Assembly (NCBI GenBank): GCA_026023565.1
Contig: JAPETS010000034.1
Coordinates: 124,001 to 188,000 of the forward strand
Length of the DNA stretch: 64,000 bases
Source of the DNA: Cirrosporium novae-zelandiae
Taxonomy: Eukaryota
Reading direction: 5' to 3'
Shown in pieces: positions 12,223-25,561 of this stretch (the stretch's first letter is position 1; every line of letters begins with the position of its first letter). Below the pieces are notes generated by a model. It was not told where the DNA came from. It saw only the letters and a list, made by a program, of their open reading frames with translations, and did not search any database. A program made the translations under genes and the position numbers.

Positions 12223-14040
12223 GATGCAGTGCGGGTATATATCCTTAAAATCGACGAAGATTCGCAGTAAGAAAGGCTTGGTAGGGAAGGACACAGTCCT
12301 AAACTCCAGGGACAAAGGTTTAAAAGTTTATTGCAAAGAGGGTGATGAGCCGTCAAGACTCAATAACCAGAAGAAATGAAGGTAAGCAGCCCAACCAGTG
12401 GGAGATGAATGAATGTAGAGAAAAGCTGCGACTGTGTCCACCGATGTTCTGGTTTCCTCAATGATCTTTGAAATGGGCTGAGGGCAGTAGGCCTCATTAT
12501 TATAGCCACAGGATTAACCGTAGTTTCGAGATCAAGGTTGTGAAAATCCTGTCCCGCCTCCTCCAGTGTGCATAAGAATGAAATAGTATAGTTTGAGTTG
12601 AATCTGTTATTGTTTCCAAGCTATAATGGTGGTTGTCCCTTAGGGTAACTATTTTCAACTTTCTCCTATGATGGCAGGAGGTCAAGGCTCTTGCGTTTGA
12701 TAGCCGGTGTCCCCAGACACAGGCAGAACAAAAGTCTGTCGTCCTTGGCTTTCTGGATAAGCATGAATTTCCTTCCTGATATGGAACTGATCGCCCGCGC
12801 TTCAATGAAGCTTAAGTGGATGAAGCAGCGTTTTTAGTCTCAAGGGATGTCATAACTGTCATTCCAACAATGTTCCAAACTCCCCAAGTGTCAGTGGGGC
12901 CAGGGTCAAACTTGGGTTAAGCCCTGATAGCAGAGAGCTGTTAACGGGGTGTTCTGGGCGGTGATCGAGACCAAACCAGTTTGGAACCAAGCCTTGCGCT
13001 ACGTTTCGCGATATTGAAGTTAAAAGGAATGTTCCATGAAACAAGCCATCCCAGGCCCGCACATGGCACCAATGAGGTCCTAAATTCTAGTTTTATAGGA
13101 TTAAGAAGGTTGATGAGGTTAAGAGTTCTCCAGCTGTTGCACAGTACTAGGAGCACCAAGGACTGGCAAGACTGGCAAAACTGGAAGTGAAAGGAGAGAA
13201 GGTTTTCCATGCTGGTTAAAGATTCCAAAGGTGATTGGATACTAATAACTTCAAGGAATCGGGGCAATAGAAGTTTAGAACAGAGATTTTAAAACAGCAA
13301 CGCTGACAGTACTGAGCAGGAACATGAGCAAGATGTGTGCTCTATAGAATCGCCAAGGGATTTAAAAAGCGTTAGAGCTATGAATTAGCCATTAATAATG
13401 TGTACATTGTGTATTGATACCGACTCTTGGATAGGATAAGATAGACTATAATATTGATGGGTGGGTGGGGGGAAAGGACAGTCGCTGGCCCCAGACACAC
13501 GGGGTAACTTCTTGACACTGAGATCGTCCCAAGGACATCTTTGCAGCTAAACATGCATAAAGAATTTCAGCCTTGCCACAAATGGGATGGAAGTGAATGT
13601 ATGGGATGGTTTAAGTGGCTATTTCTGTAACAACGGCGTTCTTATGTGCGTCAGAATGTCAGAAAAAACCTAGTTAGTTTTGTTAGTCTTGTTAGTTAAG
13701 TCAGACTTCAAGCTTCTTTAGCAATGAAGGCAATGAAGGCGCGAAAAACGAGAAGCGAGGGAAGTGTTGAGGGGGGTTGAGAAGAAGGCGAAGAGTTGAG
13801 AGAGGGCTGGGGTGGTTGGAGGACTGGAGGAGTAGGACAAGTTTAAAATATGCGACCATGCCGACTATGCACGAAATGCAAAACAAACACCACCAAAGTT
13901 CGAACAAATACAAAAAAAGAAAGAAAGTCGTCGAGTGGGCAGGAGATTAAGCCAATTGAGGTTAGGAAGTATTTATTGGATTGACAGTATTGGTTCGGGG
14001 ACCGATAAGCTGCAAATGATTTTGTTTGTACGAGGACGCG

Positions 14041-14090
14041 TCAATCAATCAATCAAGCAAGCAAGCAATCATTCAAGCAAGCAAGCAAAT
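14041..14090 (+). repeat. Compound (TCAA)n/(GCAA)n microsatellite
   Basis: tcaatcaatcaatcaagcaagcaagcaatcattcaagcaagcaagcaa. Confidence 0.8.
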
Positions 14091-14141
14091 CATTAATATA
14101 ACAAATCCATTCATTGACAAGATAGACCAAGGAACACGGGA

Positions 14142-14242
14142 ATCTAGGCATCTAGGCATCTAGGCATCTAGGCATCTAGGCATCTGGACATCTGGGCATC
14201 GGGGACATCGGGACATCGGGACATCGGGGAATCTGGCCATCT
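14142..14242 (+). repeat. 8-9 nt tandem repeat, about 12 units
   Basis: (ATCTAGGC)x5, then ATCTGGAC, ATCTGGGC, ATCGGGGAC, (ATCGGGAC)x2, ATCGGGGA, ATCTGGCC. Confidence 0.9.
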
Positions 14243-14636
14243 ACTGTAGCCATCTCTGCATACAGTACGGTACAGGACAGTGTAGGCATCTAGAAGCAGA
14301 CCCAAGTACTTTAGTGCCATGCATCTGATGTACCATGAAGTGGAGATACAGTAAAGAAGCAAAAGAATTTTTCATGCCCCCCTCTTTCCCCCTCCAGTCC
14401 GCCGTCACGAATGTATCATGACCTGATCCGTTAAGCGATGATGCAATATCCTAAACTATCCTTCTTTGAAGCACAGCCCCTTGCCGGATAACTCTATCCC
14501 GTTGGATGGATTGATGTTCAAAATAAATAATCAGCGAATAATTAAGTTGTGTGGTTTTGAAAAACACTCATAACAAGACCTCTGCATGTATTTTGCATAC
14601 TGTCTCTGTATGTTTGGAACCGTGGAAACCTAGGCT

Positions 14637-14677
14637 ATAATAACAATAATAACAATAGTGATAACAATAATAATAAT
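14637..14677 (+). repeat. Imperfect (AAT/AAC)n microsatellite
   Basis: ataataacaataataacaatagtgataacaataataataat. Confidence 0.75.
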
Positions 14678-16355
14678 CAGAGGCAGGAAGATACCTTGTT
14701 TTGTATCTGAACCCATGTGATAATAAGATGAATGTAAGACTAGGATAATTCAGCGATAGGTATCCAGGTATTCACAACATGCCGAGTATGTAGCTGGCTT
14801 ATTGATCAAAAGTCTCCAATGGTACTTACTGGACATGATCTATTTCTTGCTTTCGCCTACTTTACTCGACTTAAATAAAGAAAAGAGAAAAAAAAGAAAG
14901 AAAGACGTGCATGTTAGCTGAACCGCCCTCTCTTCATAACCCCTACCACTTATATCCTATCATGCTACATACCTACCTACCTACCACTTATCTTACCTTA
15001 ATCAACCCCCCCCCCCCCCCTTCCCCCTAGTCATTTCTTTCCCCTCCCCCCCCCCCCCCTAGTCATCATCCTTCCCCCTCCCATCCCTCATGGTGAACGC
15101 GGGAATCAAATGACTACAAGTCCCAAGGTAAAAGTCTTCGCGGCGCAAAAACCTCCCATGTGTATCAAAGTACTCAAGTAAAGTAACAAAGCCGCGAGTT
15201 TCTTGAAAAAATTCATGCATTCAGAAATCAAACCGTCTCTCGCACTATCCTTTCATACTACCCCATCCGTTCCATCTTGATACAACTTGAAAAGTCCAAG
15301 TCTATTATCGGTTCGACCTAACGAAACAAACGACCTAACGACCTAACGACCTAAACCTCGACCTTACTCGAGTACCTATCCTATCCTATCTCACCTTAAC
15401 CTAATCTACCCGACCACAGAACCCGCTGAACCACAGAATCGCATTTAGAGAAATATTTCTACCAAGATGAATCATCATCAGCAGCAGCAGCAGGCGGCTT
15501 GGTATATGAGGTATGGCCATGTTTTTCTATTCTATTTTTCTGGCCCCATTGGAAACCGTCGTTATGCCTATGACCTATTGCCAAACCTGCCAAAACTTGC
15601 CTTATGCCTGATAGCAATACTCTGCCCTTCTTGGCTACTTTTACCTGATTTTTACCTACCTGCGTTACTATCTCTGCCTCCCTGGCCCCCTCGTGCTGCG
15701 TCGCATACTCGAATCGCTGCAATCCTCCACACCCAAAATTTCCTTAACGATGCTACCCCGCATCCCGACAGTCCTACGTCTATCCGGGCTCTCCTCTTTC
15801 CTACTAGATAGAACAAGATAGATGCCCCCATATCTTCAATCTCTCCTCTAGAAGTTGACGGCGGTGACCACCCTCACCCCCCCCTCCTCCTTAAGTACGG
15901 GTACCATCAAGTCACTGGTCCTGTACTCGTCTTCTCTTTTTATTCTACTTGCATCTCAAGGTTCTTCGGTACCAACAAGTACAAAAGGCCTGCACAGCAA
16001 GCCAATTTTGTCCGCCTCAGTTTTCTTTCTAGGCCAACCAATCTGCGTTGGTCATGTTCCCCCTGCTACATCTGCTAGGCAACACCACGCAACTCACTCG
16101 TTATTCATTTGTCCACTGTTTCTCGTTTGCGGACAAAATACATTCCTTACCTAGATTGTTAATGTGTGCTTGACCGCGAGTGGCACACCCCTCAGATCCC
16201 GTCGACGATCCCCGGAAACTTCAATTTTCGTCCATTTCGACACCTTTCGCGTTTGTCTTCTGGTATAAACTGATTGATCTGACATGACAGTAATCTCGGC
16301 CTTATGAAGCCAAGGACACGAATACCAACCACAGCCTCACTGCAACCCGCCCGAC

Positions 16356-17344
16356 ATGTCGTAAGTTCTCCATCCGAAAACTACAGCGCGGCATGTTAGC
16401 TCCTCGTTGCACTTTTAAAGACCCGTCCCACGATACACCATGTGTCAAACGGCCTTTGTCGTCGCAGTCGCACCACACGTAGAAAGCAGCTAACGACATT
16501 ATAAAGTTCACCGTCAAATTTGCGAAAGCAAGGCTTCAAGACTACACAGACTTCTGCCCCAAACCAACTGCCACAAGCACAATCTTATCTTCCCAACGTC
16601 TCTCTCCCAAATGTATCGCTTCCTAATGTTTCGAGGGCTGCACCGATCGGGGATGTGCTCGCGGCCCCACCTCCTCCCTCAAATCCTCGAAAACGTCGAG
16701 CTTCGGGCAATCCGAACCTAGCGCAACCTCTTCCTGGAGCATACCCTCCACTGCGTCCAGCTGGTTCTATAGGAGGTGGTATGGAAGTAGGTCCCGTGGC
16801 CGAAGTACCTCCCACCACCCCAGTTGCAAAGAAGAGCCGGACCAATACGCCATGGACACCAGCCGAAGAACAGAGGTTAAAGACGATGCGCGACGCAGGA
16901 AATAGCTGGAGTGAAATTGCAAAGGTCTCGACACCCGAGTTGACAGTAGTCATAACTTAAGATCGCTTGACCTAACCATAACTTCACATAGGCCTTTCCT
17001 GCTCGAACCGAAGGAAGTGTGAAGAAGCACTGGTACAAAGATATGCATTATGCCGAATTCGGGGAAGATGAGGTAAGCCGGCAGCATATTGACTTGGTAT
17101 ATGATCCGTCAGCAATCCATAGCTGATGCTAATAATGATTCAACAGCACAAAGCGCTTCAAGACGCGATCAGGGAATACGAAACCAACAAATGGAAGGTG
17201 ATAGGTCAAAAAGTAGGAAAACCTGCAAAAGTAAGTAATGCTTTTCCATTGATTGCTAACAGCCCTCGGAGCATTTGCTGAAATTTATGTGAACATCAGG
17301 CATGCGAACAATATGCGAAAGAACATAACATGCTCACGAACTGA
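16356..17344 (+). CDS. Two-repeat Myb protein (Myb gene 2); 5' end may extend to ATG 15467
   Basis: WTPAEEQRLKTMRDAGNSWSEIAK|AFPARTEGSVKKHWYKDMHYAEFGEDE|HKALQDAIREYETNKWKVIGQKVGKPAK|ACEQYAKEH; introns 16361-16506, 16925-16991, 17073-17146, 17231-17299. Confidence 0.88.
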
Positions 17345-18066
17345 AACTAATGGGACTCTGTCACCTACCTCCATGTTCGGTATAGCTAGGATACTCTTTC
17401 GATAGTAAATCACACTAAAGAGGTTGCTTAGGATCATTCTCGATGAAGGTTTTTGCAATTGTTGGACGCGAAATTTTCACTAGTGCGGCTGGAATTTGCA
17501 TATTTTTCTTGTGAAGGATTTTCAGAGGGTCCACCGGCTTGGGTTTCATGGGACTTTCTTCATGTATATTATTACATCCTTGGGGATTGGGAGGCATTTT
17601 CATTGAAAAAGCGCAGGGCATTTTGACGAAGTGATGACCCGAAGTTGGTAATAATGGAATGGGGTTATAATAGGACCCTGTGAAGACAGTGACAAGAATT
17701 GAGAGACATAGGAATTCTTTTAAAACCGTGATTTCCCCTAAATTAACCTTTTATGATCAGAGATTCAGTAAGTAGACTCCGTATATTTCTACAAGGGAAG
17801 CAGGGTAAAGTACAAGGAAGGAGTTTGGGAAATGTGTACCATAAGTAATAAGCTTGTCGGGGGAAGAAAGGAAGAGAATGAAAAGTTACGAAGTTAACAA
17901 GTAGTGCGGGTTGCGCCATGGCCATGGCCATGGCCGTAGCGCCAACAACCAGCGCCCAGGGGAGGGTTCGGGTTACCATTCCCGGGCCACATGGGGGCGT
18001 AGCTTTACCCCCGAATCACGGGGGAGATTTACTGTGGTAGAAGTTTAATTATCAACTACTGTGGGG

Positions 18067-18092
18067 TACCTACCTAGGTACCTAGGTAGGTA
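18067..18092. repeat. Perfect 26-bp palindrome in a TACC/GGTA-rich tract
   Basis: tacctacctaggtacctaggtaggta equals its own reverse complement; related motifs continue to about 18190. Confidence 0.85.
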
Positions 18093-18804
18093 GCTAAGAA
18101 TTAATGTACTTGGTAATTACCTAGATACCTAGGTACTGTATCTAAGTACTGTACCTAGGTATGTACATGTACCTACCTACGTAGGTAATTATCTAAATTC
18201 TAAATTGTCAATTATGAATTATGAATAATGAAACATGAAATTTTGCACAACGAGGCACCAGAGCCTCCTCCTCGTCCTCCTCGTCCAACTGCCTATTTTG
18301 TGTCAGCTGGATGATTCTAATTATTCGAAGATTCCCACTTGCAGCATCCTTCCATGCACTATTTCAGAATTAGAATGAGCTGCTGCTGCCATTGCTCAGC
18401 CTCCAGCCTGCAGATCCACACACATTCATTCCACCTTTCAAAGTAGGAACCTTTTTTACTTCAGCATGCAATTGCGGTCCGTCCCATGGCTTGCTGTCCC
18501 GTTTCTCCATCGACTATTGAAATCGTGCATCCTGCAAAACAATTTTCTCTAAGCCTTAGCTACAGTACATACTTCCTGTGGACTCTGTGCTAAATATTTT
18601 CTTTTTCTTTTCTTTTCTCTTTTCGTAGGGCTGGTGCTACCAGTCAAGAGAGGCGGCAACCAGAACCCTCTGGTTCCTTTTAGTTTGTTCATTTGCTAAT
18701 CAAATCTTTCAAAACTTGACACTGTTAGCCTATTACAAATTCTTGATTCCAAGTGCACTTCTTCTTCTAGGTCCACTTTATATTTTTATAATCTTCATCA
18801 GCTC

Positions 18805-20665
18805 ATGACTAGCCATACCAAGAATTGTCCAGACCCATTTCGTGGGTTGCAGAGGCTCTATCCACGTCAGTACCTTGGACCTGTACACCCTTGGCACCAC
18901 CTGAATCAAAATATAGATCTCCCCACATCTGTCACGAATCCTCCTCGTTCCGATATCATGGATCACCAAACAAATGCAACCCCAAACATCAGCCCAAAGC
19001 ACTTACCGCTTCCTAGCTTCCCTGCCTATTGCACAACAAGGCTTGCTGCGAGACACACATGGCTCCCATACGTCAACCGTTATTTTGTGAATACAATCAG
19101 GGAATCGGTAACAAGAGTCGGGACCTGATCGGCGGCGCAGTCTACTGGGACTGGCGCAGTTCATCTGCTGGTTTCACTCTCAGGAGTATGCTATCATGTA
19201 CAACCATAGTTGATTCCTTTTGACTTGAGTAGACTTATATCTTGGTTGTTTCCCAGATTGAGGCAATTGTTGCTTAGTCAATTGCATCGTGAATTTACCT
19301 ATCCATTGTTCCCCCGCCCCTTCTTCTGTGTTATCTTTAATAATATTTTCTCCACCATTTTCTCACTTAAGGTTAGGAGTTGAACCATCGTTTTATTTAT
19401 CACAACACAACATTCGTTTCCTTTTGGAATTAGTATTTGTCACCCATTGGAGTAACTCTCTGTGGGCCACCCACAGGATGAGTTTCTTTAATATGGATTG
19501 GTTTACCTCGGCAATTGTATGCAGTTCACCACTGATTTTTAGTCATTAATTTGATTTGTATAAGTGTAAAATTGAAGCACTTTACTAAAACCGTTACAGA
19601 ACCCTTTATCCGGCTCCTACTCGGATAACCTCTTCTTCTCTGGGTTTCCTCCCTCGCCAACTCAACCTCTTCAAGACCCATTTTCCGGGTTTGACGTATC
19701 TCAGATCAAGGGCGGTCAAGAGAACCTCGAACTCAATTTTTCTAGTCCCTTGACACCTCTAGATTTATTTCCCGGTATTTGCCACGAGTCACAACTAGAG
19801 ACTCCGGTCAATAAAAGTGCACCATCGCCAATATTTCAATGTACTGGTAACCCAGATGCTCCAATATATGGGTCGGAAGGCATTCCAAAACGCGTGCCAA
19901 ACTTGCCTTATGTCACTTGTCCACCGCCGAATCAACGATCCCAACAGCAGTGCCCATCAGAATCTCAACATCACCAACCTACAGTATCATTGCCATCCAA
20001 TAATTTGCTTCAAGCGCCCCCCTGCACGTTGAGCACTCTTACTACAAACACACCTCGTAAACGCCCTCGGTCTATGACTCCTCCAGTCTCTCGTGCTTCT
20101 AGATTTCGCCAACGTCACAGCTCATCCAACCCCTCTCGTGCTGGCTCTACCTACGTCCCAACCCCTGAAGAACAACTTCTTCTAACACTGAAGGATGATG
20201 CCAACTTACAATGGAAAGAAATTGCAGAGCGCTTTCGTGAGACAATGGGCAGGAGCTGTGCCGTTCCAGCGCTGCAGATGCGTTTTAAACGCCTAAGAGA
20301 ACGAACGCGGGTGTGGACCGCCGATGAAGAAGTAGCGTTGCGGAAAGCCGAAGAATATTGGAGAGCTAAAAGATGGGATATTGTTGCTGCTAAGGTAAGT
20401 GATTACTGAATATATTCGTCTACTCTATATCTTCATTACAAGGCCACCTGCTCTCTGTCCTAGCCACCTCCTTGGACATTCCTTATTACTGTGAAATCAA
20501 ATTAACCATGGAATTCAGATGCTTGATTATGGAACCACGGAGCGTTGGCCTGCAAAGATGTGTGAGCGCAGATGGGAAGAGATCGAACCGTCAGTTTATA
20601 TAGAAAGTGCAGGTCAACTTCGGCATCCTTCCCCGCAAACCGAAGAAAACGAGGAAAACAAGTAG
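18805..20665 (+). CDS. Two-repeat Myb-like protein (Myb gene 3); first exon tentative
   Basis: TPEEQLLLTLKDDANLQWKEIAERF...ALQMRFKRLRERTRVWTADEEVALRKAEEYWRAKRWDIVAAK|MLDYG...MCERRWEEI; intron 20395-20518 clear. Frame open from acceptor 19599 and phase-compatible with donor 19108. Confidence 0.75.
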
Positions 20666-22057
20666 AAGATCAAATACGGCTGGTCGATCTCGCCTCGTGT
20701 CGTCGTTACATACGGCAAGCTTTCCCCAGCTTCTTATTTCACGATTTCGTTTTATTTCTTTTACTTGCATTGCGTCTCGTACTTCATTATCTGCATTTGG
20801 GTGGTTTATATGTTTTTACTAGCAACCGATAACCCGATAAAAGGTCGGTTCATGTTATGACTTACGTGATTCCTAATATATTATTCATGAAATGGCATAA
20901 AAAAAAGTTCAAGTACCCTTCCAAAAAGATGTCTTGTTGAATTAATATGAAATCTTCAATAACAAGAAACCCCCGTCCCTATTCCATCTGGCTGTAAACA
21001 TCTCATAGATATCTGTAGCCTTTCTCAATAATATTAATGACTATCATAGAGCTTTAACGGTGATTGCCACTAGCTCAGTGGCCTGTGCATCCAGATAAAA
21101 ATCTTATGAATAATAAGTAATAACAACAGAAGAGCTCCTCATGGTTTTAGTGCATCTATGACATGTAAAAAATTGGTAAGAAGAAACATACATTTTGATG
21201 AGGGGAGAGGAGAGATGGGGTAATAATGAGGGGCACTGGGGGGAAAGGTTGGGAATATTATAAATGCTCTAATCATCTGATATCGATTAGGATTTTGATA
21301 ATGTTTACTAGTACTATCAAAGTTAGAGCCTTGGAGATTAACGGTCTCGACTCTCGACTCGATGCTGGAGGTAAAGAGGTTCAAAGGGTACGGTATTCAG
21401 GGCGTTTGATACTGAGTAGGAAATATTGAATAATGACTCACCTTTTATTTAATTAGTTAATCAGATCAATCAATTTTTAGATAAATTAATTAATTTGTAT
21501 GTATGTCTGTCTTCCAGTCTAGAGCTAATTCAGGCAAGGTTAACCGGTGTAGAATGATGATGATTCATATTCAAATACTAAAAGTAATACGTACGGATGG
21601 GGGACCATTGGGGGTCCATAGACTCTACTAATAAAGCTCAGTGTAGTTGGTACATGTACTATACTGTACAGTACACTGGTATTGTGGTGTTCAGTGTGTG
21701 GCTTTTGGTGATCATTTCTCATACGTCGGCCGAGAATATCGGAGTTAACTTAATCTTCTTAGTCCGTTCAGTCCTTTCAGCCCTTCAGCCCTCGAGAGGT
21801 CAAATTGGCCCAATGCAACTAACTGCTCATGACAAAATATTGGTTGCCTGAATCTCCATCTCCATGATCCTTTATTTATGACAAATGCAGCAAATGCAGC
21901 TTTATCAACTATGTTGGCATTGGGTTTGTTTACTGCAAACTATTCAGACACCCTTATCTGAATCAAGACCTTCCAACACTGGCACCTAAATCGCGCTTTT
22001 GATCCCAAATCAAGTCCCCGTGTACCTTATCTCGACAGTCTTTCCCTTCTTGCCTCC

Positions 22058-24730
22058 ATGTCGACAACAATGCTATCTAACGATGGATCGCCGCAGTCCG
22101 CGGATGGTTCTCCGTCGAGTACCACTACCAACACCCGCTACAAGAGTAGTGGCTTTACTCCACCGGCAACCTTCCCCCTCAACATATCCCCCGCTAGCTC
22201 CGCTCCCAGTGCTAATGCCAACGATCCCTCAAAACCTTCCCCGCAGGTTGCAGCCTCCGCACCACATTTCAATCCTCGCAGTTGTACAACATGCCGTCGT
22301 CGCAAGGTTAGATGTGATAAGAAGCACCCCTGCTCCAATTGCGCCAAAGCTGGCATAGAATGCATTTTTCCAAAGCCTGGGAGAGCCCCTAGAAAGGTAC
22401 GAAAGGCCCTTGATACAGAATTATTGGCTCGACTGCGGCGACTTGAAGGGGTGGTACAGAGTCTCGGGGCTCAAGTGGAAGAAGAAAATGACCCTCTAAA
22501 TAATGGGAATAAAACTACAAGTCGGAGTGGGAGCCAGGACGTAAATTCATCGGAATCGAATACGAATCCAGAAAGAGCTAGGGATGGACAACAAATATCA
22601 AAATGCATTCAGAGATTTGACCCTACCTACATTGATACAGAACAGGTAGGAGAAGAATTCGGACGACTAGTTGTAGAATCAGAAACAGGGAGGAGTCGGT
22701 ACGTCAGTAACCAATTCTGGGCCAGTTTGAGTGACCAGGTCTGTAACAACCTCTTCATCCTGATTTATATTACTATTTACTTAGAGTGATGATAGGTTGC
22801 GGAGTTACGGGATCTTCTCGGTGATGACTCTGATGAAGAAATGAATGAACTATTACCTTCTTCGCCCTCTGGGTCTAGCTCTACAGGAACTTCGTTTCAT
22901 CAAGGATTTATCTTTGGCTTTCACTCGGCTGCTCATTCTCTCAGACAATTTCATCCGTCACCAAGCCAAGTATTTACCTTTTGGAGTATTTTCAGAGAAA
23001 ATGTTGATCCAATGTGCCGGATGATACATAAACCTACCATGGCCAAAACTCTTATGGACGCAGCTGGCCAGCTCGATTGCCTAAGTAAGAGTATGGAAGC
23101 CCTGCTATTTTCTATATACTTCTCTTCTGTTGTGAGCTTGTCTCCCAAAGAATGCGTCCAGCTTTTAGGTGAAGAAAAAGACGCAGCCCTTGCAAAATAT
23201 CGGTTTGCCGTGGAACAAGCCCTTGCACGTGCAAACTTCCTCGATACACAAGAGATAGTGGTGCTGCAGGCGTTGGTCCTATTTTTGGTCTGTGTTCGCC
23301 GACATGATCATAGCCGTTTCGTATGGTCACTTTCTGGCTTGGCTACTCGCATTGCCTTCTCTTTAGGTTGCCACCGTGATGGCTCTAAATTCAAACTATC
23401 GCCGTTTGAGACCGAGATACGTCGTCGGCTCTGGTGGGAGGTTTGCGTGCTGGACATACGATGCTGCGAAGATCATGGCGCTGATCCTCAGATTACTGAG
23501 GCAAGTTTTGATACTCGTCTACCTCTCAATATCAATGATGAGGACATATCCCCCGATACAAAAGAGACTCCTATAGATAAGATAGGTTATACCGAAGCAA
23601 CCTTTTGCCTTATTCGCTATAATGTTACGAATACGCTACGGCGTCTTAATTATGTCCCCCCTGGTTCAAGTCACTGTCGCACAATGGCCACCAAGGCAAC
23701 TACTAAGGATAAGGAGGCTCTCATTGAGGCTTGTCACAACCGCATCGAGGAGAAATATCTTAAGAATGCCGACACAAGCATTCCTCTTATTTGGGTGACT
23801 GTCACCGTTTCTCGTCTTGTTATTGCTAAGATGTGGATGTTTGTCCATCATCCATTCATAGGACCTAATGGGGCTAGCGGTCTTGATCAAGAGACCACAG
23901 ATCGACTTTTTGCGACAGCTATAGAGGTTATGGAATTTTCAGTTTTACTGGAAACAGATCGCAACACTGAAAAATGGGGTTGGTTATTCCGTTCTTATAT
24001 GCAATGGCACGCTGTCGCCTTTGTGCTTTCCGAGTTATGTACTCGTACTGCAGGAGAGCAAGTTGATCGTGCATGGACGGCTGTAGAGACGCTCTTTCAC
24101 GAGGTTCGTGAAGATGCTGTTGATAAGGTCAAAGGCACACTTTGGCGGCCGTTGTTAAAACTGTGGAAGAGAGCTAAGGTCATAAGAGCAAAAGAACTTG
24201 AAAAACAAGCCAGATTCCCTTGTGATGGAACAATTGGACCTGTTGCGTGGCGGAATTCACCCGGGATAACCTCACATTTAGGGGGAACAGATCCTCTTAC
24301 TGAAACTATGCAAGCTGTGGGAGGGTTGGATGGATTTGGACCTACCGAAATCAGTGCTGCTTACAATTCCTGGCAAGGGGATACTCCTCCACGGTCTTCA
24401 TCTATATCTTCTCTATCTCGGACTTCCATGGCCCCGCAAGGGCAGTCACAATCACAGCCACAGTCACAGATTCCAATTCCAATGCCAACTCAGCCATTTA
24501 CCTTGGAGTCAGCCAGAAACCTCCAACCCTTGCAAAGTCCGAGTGATCTGAACATAAATGCAAACAGTGTTCAAGAAAATGGCATAAATGCCACTGACGT
24601 GGATATGAATTTGGGTGACGTGAACTGGGAGAACTGGGAAAACACGGTCCGGGAATTTGAAACGGCTACAGATACACAGGAATGGATGGAAAAGGGCCCC
24701 GGGCTTAGCACATCTTTCTACTGGTGGTGA
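22058..24730 (+). CDS. Zn(II)2Cys6 transcription factor with fungal-specific TF domain
   Basis: SCTTCRRRKVRCDKKHPCSNCAKAGIECIF; GLATRIAFSLGCHRDG and EIRRRLWWEVCVLD motifs; intron 22739-22795. Confidence 0.95.
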
Positions 24731-25561
24731 AATGTATTAGATTGGAGTCATGGATTCAAAAATGGCCTTGCAATTTGCATTTGGGCGGATACGTGAACAA
24801 TTAAGTTATCTTTTGTGCTTCGGGAAAAGTTGGGCTCCCCCAGAGAGCTGAATGCTTTGGCTTTTATATATCTGGGTCAAGGTACACTGTACACAGCGAT
24901 GATGTTTGATTACGATGTCATATGGTTTGATGATGAACTTAAATGGATGGGCGTAGGATGAATACTCCTCTCCGGGTTTGCAGTAATTAAGATCTAGATA
25001 CCAGCTGATATGAAAGAAATTTCGATATGTTATTATTCAAAATATTGTCTGACGTATTTTCAAAATCGGTACAGGGATGTACTGAAATAAATACAAAGTT
25101 ATTTCTAAGGTTACTAGGTACTTAGAGTTTATTTGTTTCGGGTTAGTGGCCGGCAGAAGAAAGCCTTTGCCGAATGGTTGGCTCGGTGTTATCTCGGTCT
25201 GATGAAATATATCGCATGATATCTTCAATGCACTGTACTGTAACATAAAATCTCTTCCATATCATTTTTTCTCTTCTGAATTTGCTTACACAGTACAATC
25301 AGACTAGGATTCTATCGAGTTGAATTGTTGAATATAAGTCGTTTTTTATCAAAGTAGTAACTTCTTCTCACCCGAAAACTCTTACTGGAAATGAATAGCT
25401 ACTGATTCCATTATCCAGATCAGACCACTAAACCTCCTCCGAAGAGGTCGAAGCCCTTCAAGCCACACCATTTGAGTAACCGTGATACTCTCCATCCCTC
25501 CACCAACCATGAAGACGAGTAGCAGGAACATGTCCCGTGATCAAGGTATCTAGATAGCACT

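Noticed and set aside
14142..14242. Repeat array considered as CRISPR-like
   Set aside because: Contiguous 8-9 nt units without spacers, in a eukaryotic context.
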